Shown here piece by piece: positions 27,416 through 38,771 of a stretch of 64,000 nucleotides of DNA (its first letter is position 1; every line of letters begins with the position of its first letter). Under the pieces are notes generated by a model. That model was given only the letters and a program-made list of their open reading frames with translations. It was not told the origin of the DNA and ran no database searches. The DNA comes from Nitrosomonadales bacterium (GTDB taxonomy: Bacteria > Pseudomonadota > Gammaproteobacteria > Burkholderiales > Gallionellaceae). The translations under genes and the position numbers were made by a program. The DNA is taken from the NCBI GenBank assembly GCA_016234685.1, contig JACRAT010000034.1, positions 23,689 to 87,688 on the forward strand. The letters run 5' to 3'.

Positions 27416-30400
27416 CTAGCCATGCAATACTGCGTTCGCCCCCAATTCCAAGCAGCGGCCATTCTCCAGCAACTCGGTGAATGCCTCGGTGGGCAAGGGG
27501 CGGCTGAAGAAATAGCCCTGCATCTCATCACACAGGAAGCGCCGCAGAAACTCGACGTGTTGAGCAGTCTCCACCCCTTCCGCCACCACTTTCAGCCCCA
27601 GATTGTGAGCCATCGAGATGATGGCGCTGGCGATGGCGGCGTCGTTGGCGTTGAACGGCGCTTCCATCACAAAGGAACGGTCGATCTTCACATAGTCCAC
27701 CGGGAACTGGCGCAGATAGCCCAGCGAAGAATAGCCGGTACCAAAGTCGTCGATGGAGAGTACCACACCCTGATCGCGGATCTGATACAGCGTCCTGAGC
27801 GACTCCTCTGCGTTCTCCATCAGCATACTTTCAGTGATCTCCAGCTCCAGAAAGCTGGGATTCAAACCGGTTTCTGCCAGAGTGTCGGCCACTTTCTCCG
27901 CCAGCCCCTCCTCGCCGAACTGACGCGCGGAAAGGTTGACTGCCACCCGCAACGGCGACAGTCCGGCATCTTGCCAGGCCTTGTTCTGCGCACACGCCGT
28001 CTTCAGCACCCATTGACCGAGCGGCAGGATCAGCCCGCTCTCTTCCGCCAGCGGGATGAAGGTGTCCGGCGGGATCATGCCTTTCTCGGGATGGATCCAG
28101 CGCACTAGAGCTTCCATCCCGCACATCTTGCCAGTCGCAAGATCAATCTTGGGCTGATAGTGCAGAATGAATTCCTCGTTCAGCACGGCGCTGCGCAAGG
28201 ATTCCAGTATCTCCATGCGCCGCTGCATGTCGGCGTTCATGTCCGGCGTGTAGACGCAATACGTGCCGCGCCCACGCTTTTTGGCGGCATACATGGCGAT
28301 GTCGGCGTGGCGCAGCAGATCGTCGGGAAGCTGATTGTCTTCGGGGAAAATGGTGAGGCCAACGCTGCTGCCGATATAGAGTAAACGATCATGCAACATG
28401 AACGGCACGGAGAATTGAGCCAACAGTTTGTCTGCCAGCAACAGCACATCCTCTTTGCTGTTGATGTCCTCCAGCACCACCGCGAACTCGTCGCCGCCCA
28501 AACGACCCAGCGTATCACCGCGCCGCAGCACCGATTTCAGCCGCGCCGCCACTTGGCGCAGCAACTCGTCGCCGACGAAATGACCCAGCGTGTCGTTGAT
28601 GTTCTTGAAATGATCCAAATCGAGGAACAGCACCGCCAGCGACCGGCCGTTGCGCGCGGCGTGTATCGTGCCCTGACGCAAGCGGTCGAGCAGCAACACG
28701 CGGTTGGGCAGGCCGGTCAGCACGTCGTGGGTGGCCTGATGCGAGAGCTGGTCTTCCAGTCGTTTGCGTTCGCTGAAATCCTGAATGATGTTGGAGAAGT
28801 GCAGCAACTCGCCCTGTTCGTCCCGGTGCGCGATGACAGTCTGCATCACCGGCAATTCCGTGCCGTCCAGCCGCATGATGGCGTTCTCGCCGCGCCAGAA
28901 ACCCTTGCTCTCAGCCTCGGGGATCGCCTCTTCCAGCCAGCGCCGCACCGCCCAGTGCGGCAGAAAGTGCAGCATGTTCATCTTGCCCGAGACAGCGACC
29001 GCGCGATCCACCCCCAGCATCTCGTAGCCCGCCGGATTGAGATACACCATGCGATGCTGCGGCGAAGTGATGCAAACCAGCGCCGGAGCGACTTCCAGTA
29101 TCGAGGCCAAGCGTTTGCTCTCCGCCTCGGCGTGGATGCGGTCGGTGATCTCCGGTGCGATGGCGATGACGTGCTCGACCACCCCATCCGGCTTCAGCTC
29201 CGGCACCAGCCGTGCCATGTAATAGCGCCGCCCGTTCACCGAGTCGTAGTGGAACTCGAATTCCGCCTCTTGGCCCGTGGTGAAAACCGCTTCGAGATGC
29301 CGCTCCCAGATCCCGGTGAATTCGTCGGACTTACCTAGTTCACGGAAGGTCTTGTTGAGATAGAACTCTCGCGGCCTGCCGTCCACCCGCGTGATCGCCT
29401 GATTCACATATACCCGCCGCAACTGGCGATCGAAGCGCGAGATGATGTCCGGCGTATTGTCGGCGATGGCGCGCAACTCCTGTCCCTGTCGGCGCAACTG
29501 CTCCTCCACCACCTTGCGCGCGGAGATGTCGCGCACCACGCACATGATCCACGCCCCGCCATCCGTCTTGAGCGGACTCAGACTGACATCCACCGATACC
29601 TCGTTGCCAAACGAGGTCAGCCCGGTCAACTCGGTCTGCGCGCCCATGCGCCGCGTCTGGGCATGAGCGATGTAGGCATCGCGCTTGGCGATATGGTCGG
29701 CACGAGCAGATTCCGGCAACAACAACTCGATGGGCTGACCGATCAACTCGGTGCGCCGGTAATGGAATATCTGCTCGGTCATCTCGTTGGCGGCGGCGAT
29801 GATGCCATCTTCCCCTAGGATGAGGATGCCGTCGGGTGCCGACTCCATCAACTGGCGGAAGCGCGCTTCGTTGTCCTGCGCCAGTTTGAGCGGTGCACGC
29901 ACACTATCGACGAACACCGCGCGATACAGGAACAGGCTGGAGATCACCTTGTAGATGTGCCCCAGCAGATTGGGCATGTCCGTCACGGTGGTATACAGCG
30001 TAAAGCACAGTTCGCTGAAGAACATGGTCACGATGGCAGCGAGCACGAAACGCCCGTCGAACGGCAACTCGCCGCGCTGCATCTGCCGCGCCAGCCACAA
30101 CCCCGCGCCCAGCAGCAGCGCCATCAGCGTGTATTCGGTAGCCACCTTGACGGTGGTCAGCCCCACTCCCGGCACAAAGAACACCGGCAGCCAGTCAAAA
30201 TGGAATAGCACCACCCAGTACACCAGTGCGGTGACGGACAATGCCGCGATCAATGCGCCCGAGCGCTTCTGGTGCGTCTTGAGGATAAAGTCAGGGCGGA
30301 TCACCAGTAGCAGCAAAGCCAGCACCGCGATCAGCCGCCCAGCCAGCCAGAAGGCGATGGCCTTGCCGCGATCCGAGGGCGTCACAAAGTCCGGCATCCC

Positions 30401-30736
30401 GTTGTAAGACAGCAGATGCGCCATATCCAGCAGCGCCACCGCAAGGAAAGCGCAACCCAGCAGCACCATGTTGCGCTCGATCTGGCGACTGAACGTACTC
30501 CAGCCCACCGCGAAGATCATCGCCGCGACCACTACCGCGAACATTTCCATCAAACTGTGCAGAGCAAGGAAACCAGGCTCGGCAATGTCGATCTGATTCA
30601 GCGGCGCATTGCTCACCAGCAAAACGCCCAGCGCCAAGAACGCGGCCAGCCCGCCCAGCTTGCCCCAGAAATCGGGCGACAAGCTGGCCGCGCTACGCCG
30701 CGTTTCGCCACTGTAATCAGACCAGAAATGATTCAC
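27416..30736 (-). CDS. MASE3 - 3 PAS - GGDEF - EAL c-di-GMP enzyme
   Basis: Multi-TM region (HSLMEMF, D..HLLSY.GMP, N.LGH.YK), [23 protein letters not shown]. The GTG start overlaps the cheB stop. Confidence 0.93.
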   Translation of the reverse strand: MNHFWSDYSGETRRSAASLSPDFWGKLGGLAAFLALGVLLVSNAPLNQIDIAEPGFLALHSLMEMFAVVVAAMIFAVGWSTFSRQIERNMVLLGCAFLAVALLDMAHLLSYNGMPDFVTPSDRGKAIAFWLAGRLIAVLALLLLVIRPDFILKTHQKRSGALIAALSVTALVYWVVLFHFDWLPVFFVPGVGLTTVKVATEYTLMALLLGAGLWLARQMQRGELPFDGRFVLAAIVTMFFSELCFTLYTTVTDMPNLLGHIYKVISSLFLYRAVFVDSVRAPLKLAQDNEARFRQLMESAPDGILILGEDGIIAAANEMTEQIFHYRRTELIGQPIELLLPESARADHIAKRDAYIAHAQTRRMGAQTELTGLTSFGNEVSVDVSLSPLKTDGGAWIMCVVRDISARKVVEEQLRRQGQELRAIADNTPDIISRFDRQLRRVYVNQAITRVDGRPREFYLNKTFRELGKSDEFTGIWERHLEAVFTTGQEAEFEFHYDSVNGRRYYMARLVPELKPDGVVEHVIAIAPEITDRIHAEAESKRLASILEVAPALVCITSPQHRMVYLNPAGYEMLGVDRAVAVSGKMNMLHFLPHWAVRRWLEEAIPEAESKGFWRGENAIMRLDGTELPVMQTVIAHRDEQGELLHFSNIIQDFSERKRLEDQLSHQATHDVLTGLPNRVLLLDRLRQGTIHAARNGRSLAVLFLDLDHFKNINDTLGHFVGDELLRQVAARLKSVLRRGDTLGRLGGDEFAVVLEDINSKEDVLLLADKLLAQFSVPFMLHDRLLYIGSSVGLTIFPEDNQLPDDLLRHADIAMYAAKKRGRGTYCVYTPDMNADMQRRMEILESLRSAVLNEEFILHYQPKIDLATGKMCGMEALVRWIHPEKGMIPPDTFIPLAEESGLILPLGQWVLKTACAQNKAWQDAGLSPLRVAVNLSARQFGEEGLAEKVADTLAETGLNPSFLELEITESMLMENAEESLRTLYQIRDQGVVLSIDDFGTGYSSLGYLRQFPVDYVKIDRSFVMEAPFNANDAAIASAIISMAHNLGLKVVAEGVETAQHVEFLRRFLCDEMQGYFFSRPLPTEAFTELLENGRCLELGANAVLHG

Positions 30737-31821
30737 GTAGAATCCCCCTTCATGCTGTAACCGATGATGGAAGCCGGTATCTCGCCCAGCGAAACCACCC
30801 GCTCTGCCCCACCCTGCTTGATCGCCTCTTTCGGCATCCCGAACACCACGCAACTTTCCTCATCCTGCGCCAGCGTGGATGCCCCCGCGTCGCGCATCTC
30901 CTTCAGCCCGCGCGCACCGTCGTCGCCCATGCCGGTCATGATAATACCCAGCGCATTCTTGCCGGCGAATTTTGCAACCGAACGGAACAACACGTCCACC
31001 GACGGACGATGGCGGTTGACCAGCGGGCCGTCGATCACCTCCACCTGATACTGCGCGCCATTGCGCTTGAGCAGCATGTGCTTGCCTCCCGGCGCGATCA
31101 GCGCCAGATTCGGCATCACGCGGTCGCCGTTCTTCGCCTCGCGCACCTCGATCTGGCTCACGCTGTTGAGCCGCTCGGCGAACGCGCCGGTGAACTTCTC
31201 CGGCATGTGCTGCACGATGACGATACCCGCGCAGACGCGCGGCAACGCGGTCAACACCACTTCCAGCGCCTGCGTGCCGCCGGTCGAAGTGCCGATGGCG
31301 ACGATGCGCTCGGTAGTATGGGCCATCGCATGAGTGGGCGGAGCCAGAATCGCGTCGGCAGTGAGCCTAGGCAACACGCCGGGCGACACCGCCGTGCGCG
31401 TGACCAGCCGCCGCAGGTTGGCCTGAGCGGCGGCTTTCACCGCCTGCACCAGACTGCCCGCAGCATCTTCCATCTGTTGTCGCCGCGTGCCGATGCTGGG
31501 TTTCGGCACGACGTTGACCGCACCCGCTTCCAGCGCCTGCAAGGTGGTGGTCGCGCCCTGCTGGGTGATGGTCGAGCAGATCACCACTGGCGTGGGGCGC
31601 TCTGCCATGATCTTCTTCAAAAAGGTGATGCCGTCCATGCGCGGCATCTCCACGTCCAGCACGATCACATCCGGCCACTGCCGGCTCATCCGCTCCATGG
31701 CGAAGATGGGGTCGGCTGCCGCCCCCATGACATTGATCGTAGGCTCTGCACTGAGCACATCGGTCACCACTTTGCGCACCACCGCAGAATCATCAACGAT
31801 TAGGACATTTATCTTGTTCAA
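30733..31821 (-). CDS. cheB: Chemotaxis methylesterase CheB (REC + methylesterase)
   Basis: [35 protein letters not shown]; probable TTG start at 31821. Confidence 0.96.
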   Translation of the reverse strand: MNKINVLIVDDSAVVRKVVTDVLSAEPTINVMGAAADPIFAMERMSRQWPDVIVLDVEMPRMDGITFLKKIMAERPTPVVICSTITQQGATTTLQALEAGAVNVVPKPSIGTRRQQMEDAAGSLVQAVKAAAQANLRRLVTRTAVSPGVLPRLTADAILAPPTHAMAHTTERIVAIGTSTGGTQALEVVLTALPRVCAGIVIVQHMPEKFTGAFAERLNSVSQIEVREAKNGDRVMPNLALIAPGGKHMLLKRNGAQYQVEVIDGPLVNRHRPSVDVLFRSVAKFAGKNALGIIMTGMGDDGARGLKEMRDAGASTLAQDEESCVVFGMPKEAIKQGGAERVVSLGEIPASIIGYSMKGDST

Positions 31822-32341
31822 TTTCTTTTGCCTTTTCCAATAGCACGCCATTTTTGACATGGCGCATCCAGACATCACCATTCCATACATCAAAGACCAC
31901 ATTGCGGTGGCCATGTTCCCCCACGTGCTCCGCCATCACCTTGTGACCATGGCTGTCCAACAACAAGCGCGCTGCCTGAACATTGCGACAAGCCACATTG
32001 CCGCACGGCTGCTGCAACTCGCAATGCCGCTGTTTGCTGAACATATTGCCGCCGCCGAACACCTTGACCTGATAATCCTCGGGCCGCGTCCCGACCCCGC
32101 GTATCTCGCGCTGGAACATCGCCATCGCCTCGTCGGCATAGCGCCCATCCAAAGTACCGTCCGGTTTTCCTCCTCGCACCGGCAACATGTAGTGGCACAT
32201 TCCCCCCACCCTCAGCATGGGATGCCACATGGTAATCGCCACGCAAGAGCCCAGTAAAGTGCGGATGCGCGTTCCCCTGTCGCCGAAATAGAACTCCCCC
32301 GGCTGCAAGAAAATGTCGATGACATGCTCAGGATGACTCAT
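31793..32341 (-). CDS. cheD: Chemoreceptor glutamine deamidase CheD
   Basis: [26 protein letters not shown]; ATG overlaps the cheR stop. Confidence 0.93.
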   Translation of the reverse strand: MSHPEHVIDIFLQPGEFYFGDRGTRIRTLLGSCVAITMWHPMLRVGGMCHYMLPVRGGKPDGTLDGRYADEAMAMFQREIRGVGTRPEDYQVKVFGGGNMFSKQRHCELQQPCGNVACRNVQAARLLLDSHGHKVMAEHVGEHGHRNVVFDVWNGDVWMRHVKNGVLLEKAKEIEQDKCPNR

Positions 32342-33144
32342 GGCTTGCGATAGACCGAGGGAACGATCATCTCCAGATCGCTGGTCACGCCGTTTAGGCT
32401 TTCCGAGTGGCCGATCAGCAGATGCCCGCCCGGCTTGAGTTGCCCCAGCAAGCGGCTGACGACCTGCCGCTTGGTCTCCATATCGAAATAGATCATCACG
32501 TTGCGCAAGAAGATCACATCGAATTCGCCCAGTTTGGGCAGCGTGCGGTTCAGATTGATCTGCATGAACTGGATGCGGCTGCGCACCTTGGCCTCGACCA
32601 GAAAAGTCCCCTCCTGCGAGCCGATCCCTTTCAGGCAATATTTGCCGAGATATTCGCGCGGGATCTTGTCCGTCCGCTCCATCGCATAATGCCCGCTGCG
32701 CGCCCGCTCCAATACGCGCGTACTGAGATCGGAAGCGAGGATCTCCCAGTCGCCCTCGCCTAGGCTGTTCGACAGCAACATGGCGATGCTGTAAGGCTCT
32801 TCGCCGCTGGAGCACGCCGCACTCCACACGCGGAATGGCGCTCCGCGCCGATGGTGCTGTGTCAGATGCTGGTGCAGATAGTCGAAATGCTTATGCTCAC
32901 GGAAGAAATACGTCTCGTTGGTGGTCAGCAGATCGACCGCGATCTGTAACTCCGTCTGTCCGTCACGGCTGATGATGTGGCGGTGATATTCACCGAAGCT
33001 GGCGAAACCGCCCTGCTGCACCCGCTTACCCAAGCGTCCGCTGACCAACGGTTTTTTGGATGCGGCCAGCGTGATGCCAGCGATCTCAAAGATCAACTGC
33101 CGGATGCTGGCGAACTCCTGATCGCTAAGGGCCGAGTAGCTCAT
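32338..33144 (-). CDS. cheR: Chemotaxis methyltransferase CheR
   Basis: LTTNETYFFRE, WSAACSSGEEPYS, FLRNVMIYFD, GHSESL. Confidence 0.97.
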   Translation of the reverse strand: MSYSALSDQEFASIRQLIFEIAGITLAASKKPLVSGRLGKRVQQGGFASFGEYHRHIISRDGQTELQIAVDLLTTNETYFFREHKHFDYLHQHLTQHHRRGAPFRVWSAACSSGEEPYSIAMLLSNSLGEGDWEILASDLSTRVLERARSGHYAMERTDKIPREYLGKYCLKGIGSQEGTFLVEAKVRSRIQFMQINLNRTLPKLGEFDVIFLRNVMIYFDMETKRQVVSRLLGQLKPGGHLLIGHSESLNGVTSDLEMIVPSVYRKP

Positions 33145-36100
33145 AGCCCAGACACTCCCTGTTCGTTGGCCACCGCCCGGCGGAACTGCTCGGCATATTC
33201 ACGCAAACGGGCAAGATGAGGCTGGTCGAGCGCTGCCAGATCGCCGTCATGGATCGAGGCTTCCAGCTCAACGGCAAAATTCGCCAACACCTCAGCCCCC
33301 ATCGTGCGCGCCAGAGATTTCAAACTATGCACGTAACGCTGCGCGTCGTTCTGACACCCCTCGCGCACCGATTTCTCCAAGTCGCCCAACAGTTTTTCGC
33401 AATCATCCAGAGACGACTCGATGACCATCGCCAGCAACGACTCATCGTTATCCAGCCGCCCCAATGCCCCCGTCCGATCAAAGACCGGCACATCCACGAA
33501 CGAGGTCTCGGATTTCTGTACCGCGACCGCCTTACCGCTCACCGAGGGCTGAGTCACCCAGCACCCCAGCACCTCCGCCAGCGCTTCGCGCGTGATCGGC
33601 TTGGACAGATAATCGTTCATGCCGGCCGCGATGCATTTTTCGCGGTCGCCCGGCATGGCGTTCGCCGTCATCGCGATGATGGGTAGCATATGGCCCAGCG
33701 AACGGATCATCTCGGTCGCCAGCAAACCATCCATCACCGGCATCTGACAATCCATCAGCACGACATCGAAGTGTCCGTGCTGCACCGCATCCACCGCCTC
33801 CTGCCCGTTCTCCGCCATGGAAATATCGCTGTAACCCAGATGATTGAGCATACTGGTGGCAACGAAACGGTTGGTCGCGATGTCCTCTACCAGCAAGATG
33901 CTCAAGACACTCGACTGTCGGGCTGGCTGAATGGCCGGGGCGGTGGAGACCGCCTCCTGCCGCGCGGTCGGAGTGGCGACTTCCGAGGCTGACGAGCACA
34001 TAAACCCGACACGCACCCAGAAAGTGGAGCCCTTGCCCTCCTCGCTCGCCACCCCCACCTCGCCGTCCATCATCTGAGCCAGCTTGCGCGAGATCGACAA
34101 ACCCAGCCCGGTTCCACCGAAGCGACGGGTGATCGAGCCATCCGCCTGATGGAAGGGTTCGAACAGATCGGCCAGAGCGAAAGCCGAGATGCCGATGCCG
34201 GTGTCTTGCACAGCGAAACGCAGGGACACGTTATCGCCCTCTTGCTGCATCAAGCTGACGCGCAAAGACACGCTGCCGTGTTCGGTGAATTTGAGCGCAT
34301 TGCCCAGCAGATTGTCCAGGATCTGGCGCAAACGCCCCGAGTCGCCGACGACATACTTGGGCACTTCCGGCGCGATCTCGCTGACAAAGCTCAAGCCCTT
34401 GTTCGCTGCCCTCACCGAACAAACACCGGACAGATCGGACAACATGGCGATGAGGTCGAAACTGCGCGCCTCGATCTGTAGCTGATTCGACTCTATCTTC
34501 GAAAAATCGAGGATGTCGTTGATGATGCCCATCAGGGAGTTGGAGCAACTGGTGATGAGCCGCATGTATTCCTGCTGCTCACTGTCGAGATCGGTCAGAT
34601 TCATCATCTCGGCCATACCGAGTACGCCGTTCATCGGCGTGCGTATCTCGTGGCTCATGGTGGCGAGGAATTCGCTCTTGGCCTGACTCGCCACCTCGGC
34701 GGCGACCTTGGCGTGCCACAACTCATCTTCCATGCGATGACGCTGCGTCATATCGCTACACACACCCACCAACCCGGAGATACGGCCATCGGGTGAACGC
34801 AGCGGCACTTTCAATACTTCCAGCAAAAGGTGGCGTCCATCGACCGCCTCCACCCATTCCTCCGACTTATCGAAAGTGCCGGAGGCCAGCACCAGCTTGT
34901 CCTGCAACTGATAGTGCTCGGCCCGTTCGCGCGGGAACAGATCGAAATAGGTATGGCCGACGATCTCAGTCTCGGTGCGACCGAGGAACTCACGGAACGC
35001 GCGGTTGCAACCGATGTAGCGCCCCGTCTCATCCTTGATGAAAATCAGCGCGGGGATGGAGTCGATCAGATTGCGCAGCAAAGAGCGCTCACGCTCCAAC
35101 GCCGTCTTGGCGACCTTCAGATCGGTGATGTCGAAACACGAGCCGACGTGACCGACGAACACGCCTTGCTCGTCCAACCGGGGCGAGGCCTGATTGATGA
35201 GCCAGCGATACAGGCCGTCATGGCGACGCAAACGGAAACTGACCTGGAACGCCGTCTTGCGACGGAACGCGCGCTGCTGCACCTCGCGGCAATAAGTCAG
35301 ATCGTCCGGGTGGATGCTCGCCATCCAAGCTAGGCCCGTGGATTGCTCCATGCTGCTGCCGGTGAATTCCAGCCAACTCTTGTTGAACCAGCTGCACCCG
35401 TTCGAGGTATCCGACACCCAGATCATCGAACTGGCGGCATCGGCCATGCCGCGAAAACGCGCTTCGCTTTCCTTGAGCTCATGGGTCAGTTGCGCAGCGA
35501 GTTCGACCGCCCGCGCACGTCCGTTCACCAGCAACCAAGTGATCAGCGTGAGCAGCAGACTGGTCAGAATGCCCGCCAGCAACACCCCGCCGCCAGACTT
35601 CAACCGGGCGTCGAACTCCGGCATGGAGTGGATCATGATCGTCCACTCGCGGCCCGCCAGCGTGATCTGGCGCTTGGTGTGAAAAGACGAAGTCGGATGC
35701 TCCGCATACACTACCGCCGCCGAGTGATAGAGCAGGCTATCGTGCGACATCCGCGCGCCGTCGTATATCTCCAGATCGAGTGGGTCGTCCTCCTCGCCCG
35801 GCAAACGATTGAAAACTCCGTCGATGAAATCATTCATCCGAAACGGCGCGTAGATCCAGCCCGACAGATTGGCCCGGCGCAGTTCCACGGTATCGTGCGT
35901 ACTGTGCGGACGATACAGCGGTAGATACATCAAAGCCCCAGCCTGTTGCTGCGGGGTTCTGTCGAGTTTTTCCTGCACCAGCGTCACCTTGCCGGAAAGC
36001 ACTGCCCCGCCCTCGTCACGGGCGCGTTCCATCGCCTCGCGCCGCACAGAATCGGAATACATGTCGTAGCCCAAAGCCAGCTGATTGCGGGTGTTGAACG

Positions 36101-36551
36101 GCTCAAGATAGACGATGGCGGAATACTGCTCACGTTCGCCAAGCGGAAGCAGGGTGTAGTTCGGAAAGCCTTCGCGCCGCATCGTCTGGATATGCTGCGC
36201 CCGCTCTCCCGGCTTGATCGCCCGAGAGAAACCAACGCCCAGAATGCCGGGGAAATTATTATCCAGCGCCAGAGATTCGACGTAGGTACGGAACTCGCTC
36301 CGCGTCACCTCTTGCGAGGCAGCGAACATGCCAACAGTGCCCTGCAACACCTGCTCGTAAGTCGACATCCGGCGCGTGAGGCGTTTCACGGTCTCGTCCA
36401 CCCGAAAGGTGAATTCATCCTGCAAGGCAGTCCGCGCCAGTTCTTTGGTATGTTGGCCGAGCAAGAAGGTAGCCAGTAAACAAACGGCGAGCACGAACCA
36501 AGGCAAAGCCCAAGGCAGTGACCTCCCCGATGTCTTCTGACCGACCGCCAC
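33141..36551 (-). CDS. CHASE - PAS - PAS hybrid histidine kinase with REC and Hpt
   Basis: CHASE (YLEP...N..ALGYDMYS..VRR.AM..ARD), [18 protein letters not shown] (LMDCQMP), Hpt (VHSLKS). Confidence 0.94.
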   Translation of the reverse strand: MAVGQKTSGRSLPWALPWFVLAVCLLATFLLGQHTKELARTALQDEFTFRVDETVKRLTRRMSTYEQVLQGTVGMFAASQEVTRSEFRTYVESLALDNNFPGILGVGFSRAIKPGERAQHIQTMRREGFPNYTLLPLGEREQYSAIVYLEPFNTRNQLALGYDMYSDSVRREAMERARDEGGAVLSGKVTLVQEKLDRTPQQQAGALMYLPLYRPHSTHDTVELRRANLSGWIYAPFRMNDFIDGVFNRLPGEEDDPLDLEIYDGARMSHDSLLYHSAAVVYAEHPTSSFHTKRQITLAGREWTIMIHSMPEFDARLKSGGGVLLAGILTSLLLTLITWLLVNGRARAVELAAQLTHELKESEARFRGMADAASSMIWVSDTSNGCSWFNKSWLEFTGSSMEQSTGLAWMASIHPDDLTYCREVQQRAFRRKTAFQVSFRLRRHDGLYRWLINQASPRLDEQGVFVGHVGSCFDITDLKVAKTALERERSLLRNLIDSIPALIFIKDETGRYIGCNRAFREFLGRTETEIVGHTYFDLFPRERAEHYQLQDKLVLASGTFDKSEEWVEAVDGRHLLLEVLKVPLRSPDGRISGLVGVCSDMTQRHRMEDELWHAKVAAEVASQAKSEFLATMSHEIRTPMNGVLGMAEMMNLTDLDSEQQEYMRLITSCSNSLMGIINDILDFSKIESNQLQIEARSFDLIAMLSDLSGVCSVRAANKGLSFVSEIAPEVPKYVVGDSGRLRQILDNLLGNALKFTEHGSVSLRVSLMQQEGDNVSLRFAVQDTGIGISAFALADLFEPFHQADGSITRRFGGTGLGLSISRKLAQMMDGEVGVASEEGKGSTFWVRVGFMCSSASEVATPTARQEAVSTAPAIQPARQSSVLSILLVEDIATNRFVATSMLNHLGYSDISMAENGQEAVDAVQHGHFDVVLMDCQMPVMDGLLATEMIRSLGHMLPIIAMTANAMPGDREKCIAAGMNDYLSKPITREALAEVLGCWVTQPSVSGKAVAVQKSETSFVDVPVFDRTGALGRLDNDESLLAMVIESSLDDCEKLLGDLEKSVREGCQNDAQRYVHSLKSLARTMGAEVLANFAVELEASIHDGDLAALDQPHLARLREYAEQFRRAVANEQGVSGL

Positions 36552-36584
36552 GTGCGCCCCCTTAGATCTAGACTGAACGATCCA

Positions 36585-37106
36585 TCACGCCCCCGACACC
36601 CCATCCAGTATCGCCAGTTCGTCCACCGACAGTACCTTATCCACGTTCAGCAGGATAACAAACTTGCCGTTGACCTTGCCCATCCCGGCAATGAAGTCGG
36701 TGCGTATCTTTGCGCCGAAGGCGGGGGCGGGTTCGATCTGGTTATCGGGAATCTCCAACACCTCGTTCACCGCATCCACCATCACCCCGATGTCCTGCTT
36801 ATCCTCACCGGCTTCGACTTCGATGATGACGATACAGGTGCGGCGCGTGATCTCGGCTGACTTGCGCCCGAAGCGGGCGGAAAGATCGACCACCGGCACG
36901 ACGCTGCCGCGCAGATTGATGACACCCCGGATGAAGTCGGGCATCAGCGGCACGGTGGTGAGGTTGCCGTATTCGATGATCTCCTTGATGGTGAGTATGC
37001 CGATGGCGAACAGCTCACCACCCAACATGAAGGTTAGATATTGCTGCTGATCCGGCGCGGCTTCGACCGCCACCACGCCTTTCTCTCTAGTCACCAATGC
37101 GCCCAT
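36585..37106 (-). CDS. cheW: Chemotaxis coupling protein CheW
   Basis: QYLTF.L, EII.Y, GVINLRG.VVPV.DL. Confidence 0.96.
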   Translation of the reverse strand: MGALVTREKGVVAVEAAPDQQQYLTFMLGGELFAIGILTIKEIIEYGNLTTVPLMPDFIRGVINLRGSVVPVVDLSARFGRKSAEITRRTCIVIIEVEAGEDKQDIGVMVDAVNEVLEIPDNQIEPAPAFGAKIRTDFIAGMGKVNGKFVILLNVDKVLSVDELAILDGVSGA

Positions 37107-37116
37107 GATCGGCCTC

Positions 37117-38742
37117 TCAGAACTTGACGAACTCGTGTTCGGAAGGCGCCGAACGTGTCGGCGAACCGCTCGCCCGACCGGTTCGAGCCGGCGTAAAGGC
37201 GGCCTTGTGCGGCTGCGCAGCGCGCGCGGTCATCGCCCCCGCCCCGTTCACCTTGAAGAAGCTCATCGTCTGCTGCAATTGCTCGGCCTGACCGCTCATC
37301 TCTTCGGAGGTCGCCGCCAACTCTTCCGAGGCAGACGCATTCTGCTGGGTCGTCTGATTGAGTTGCATCATGGCGGTATTGATCTGTGCCACACCGGAAG
37401 ATTGCTCTTCCGAGGCCGCCGTGATCTCTTGCACCAGATCCGAAGTCTTGTTGATCGAGGGCACGATCTCGTCCAGCAGCTTGCCGGCCTTTTCTGCCAG
37501 TTGCACGCTGCCCGAAGCCAGCTCGCCGATCTCCTGTGCGGCCACTTGACTGCGTTCGGCCAGCTTGCGCACCTCCGCCGCCACCACGGCAAAACCCTTG
37601 CCGTGCTCACCGGCACGCGCCGCTTCGATGGCTGCATTCAGTGCCAGCAAATTGGTCTGATAAGCGATGTCGTCGATGATGCCGATCTTGCCTGCGATCT
37701 GCTTCATCGCCGAGACGGTCTGCGATACCGCGATGCCACCTTCCGAGGCCTGCTTCGCCGCCTGCGTCGCCATGCCGTCGGTGACCTTGGCGTTCTCGGT
37801 GTTCTGGCTGATGGAGGCGCTCATCTGCTCCACCGAAGCGGAAGTCTCTTCCACCGAGGCTGCTTGCTCACTCGATGCCTGACTCAGCGATTGTGCCGTG
37901 GCACTCACCTCTTCCGAGGCGCTGGACAGGTTGTCCGCCGCACCGCGCACATCGGTGATGATCTGCGACAGCTTCTCCACCATGTTCTTCATCGCTTGCA
38001 ACAACACGCCGGTTTCGTCTTTCGAGTCCACTTCGATCTTGGCGGTCAGATCACCGTCGGCCAGTTTGTTCGCCACATCCACCGCCTCGGACAAGGGACG
38101 AGTGATGCTGCGCGTCACCGCGAAGCCGATCAGTGCCGCCAATATCGTCGCGATGGCTGCCAGCACCAGCATCAGGAAACGGGCCGCTTCATATGATTCC
38201 TGCGCTCCCTTACCCGATTGCTGCATCAACTCCGACTGATATACGATCAACTCGTTGATAGCCTTCATATAGTCCGATTGGTCCTTGCGCAGCGTACCCA
38301 TCATGTAGGTAACAGCCTCGTCACGCTTGCCTGCCTTGAGCAGATCCAGAAACTTATCCTGCCCCCCGACATAAGCGGTGCGCGCATCCTTCACCTTTTT
38401 CAGCATTTCCACGCCCTTGTCGGACTTGACGGTCTTTTCCAGCTTTTCGAGCCGATCGAGAATGATCTTGCGCTGTTCAGGGATGCGCTCCAGTTCCTTG
38501 TTCACATCCTCGCCCTTCACCAGCACCGCATTCCGCATGGCGCGGGCGATCGTATTGATGCTGTCGATCATGTCGTTCGCCCAGACCGTCTTGGGGAAGC
38601 GATCATTGACCAAGACCTCAATCTCCGTATTGAGACCGCTCAATCTGTTGATACTGATCCCCGCCACGGTCATCAGCAACAGCACCACCACCGCAAAACC
38701 CGCACCCAGACGAGTACCGATACGCATATTCTTCAACATCAC
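37117..38742 (-). CDS. Methyl-accepting chemotaxis protein (4HB, HAMP, signalling domain)
   Basis: [27 protein letters not shown]; C-terminal pentapeptide EFVKF (CheR tether-like). Confidence 0.96.
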   Translation of the reverse strand: MMLKNMRIGTRLGAGFAVVVLLLMTVAGISINRLSGLNTEIEVLVNDRFPKTVWANDMIDSINTIARAMRNAVLVKGEDVNKELERIPEQRKIILDRLEKLEKTVKSDKGVEMLKKVKDARTAYVGGQDKFLDLLKAGKRDEAVTYMMGTLRKDQSDYMKAINELIVYQSELMQQSGKGAQESYEAARFLMLVLAAIATILAALIGFAVTRSITRPLSEAVDVANKLADGDLTAKIEVDSKDETGVLLQAMKNMVEKLSQIITDVRGAADNLSSASEEVSATAQSLSQASSEQAASVEETSASVEQMSASISQNTENAKVTDGMATQAAKQASEGGIAVSQTVSAMKQIAGKIGIIDDIAYQTNLLALNAAIEAARAGEHGKGFAVVAAEVRKLAERSQVAAQEIGELASGSVQLAEKAGKLLDEIVPSINKTSDLVQEITAASEEQSSGVAQINTAMMQLNQTTQQNASASEELAATSEEMSGQAEQLQQTMSFFKVNGAGAMTARAAQPHKAAFTPARTGRASGSPTRSAPSEHEFVKF

Positions 38743-38771
38743 TGCCTCCCCACTATTGAGTTACAACCCGA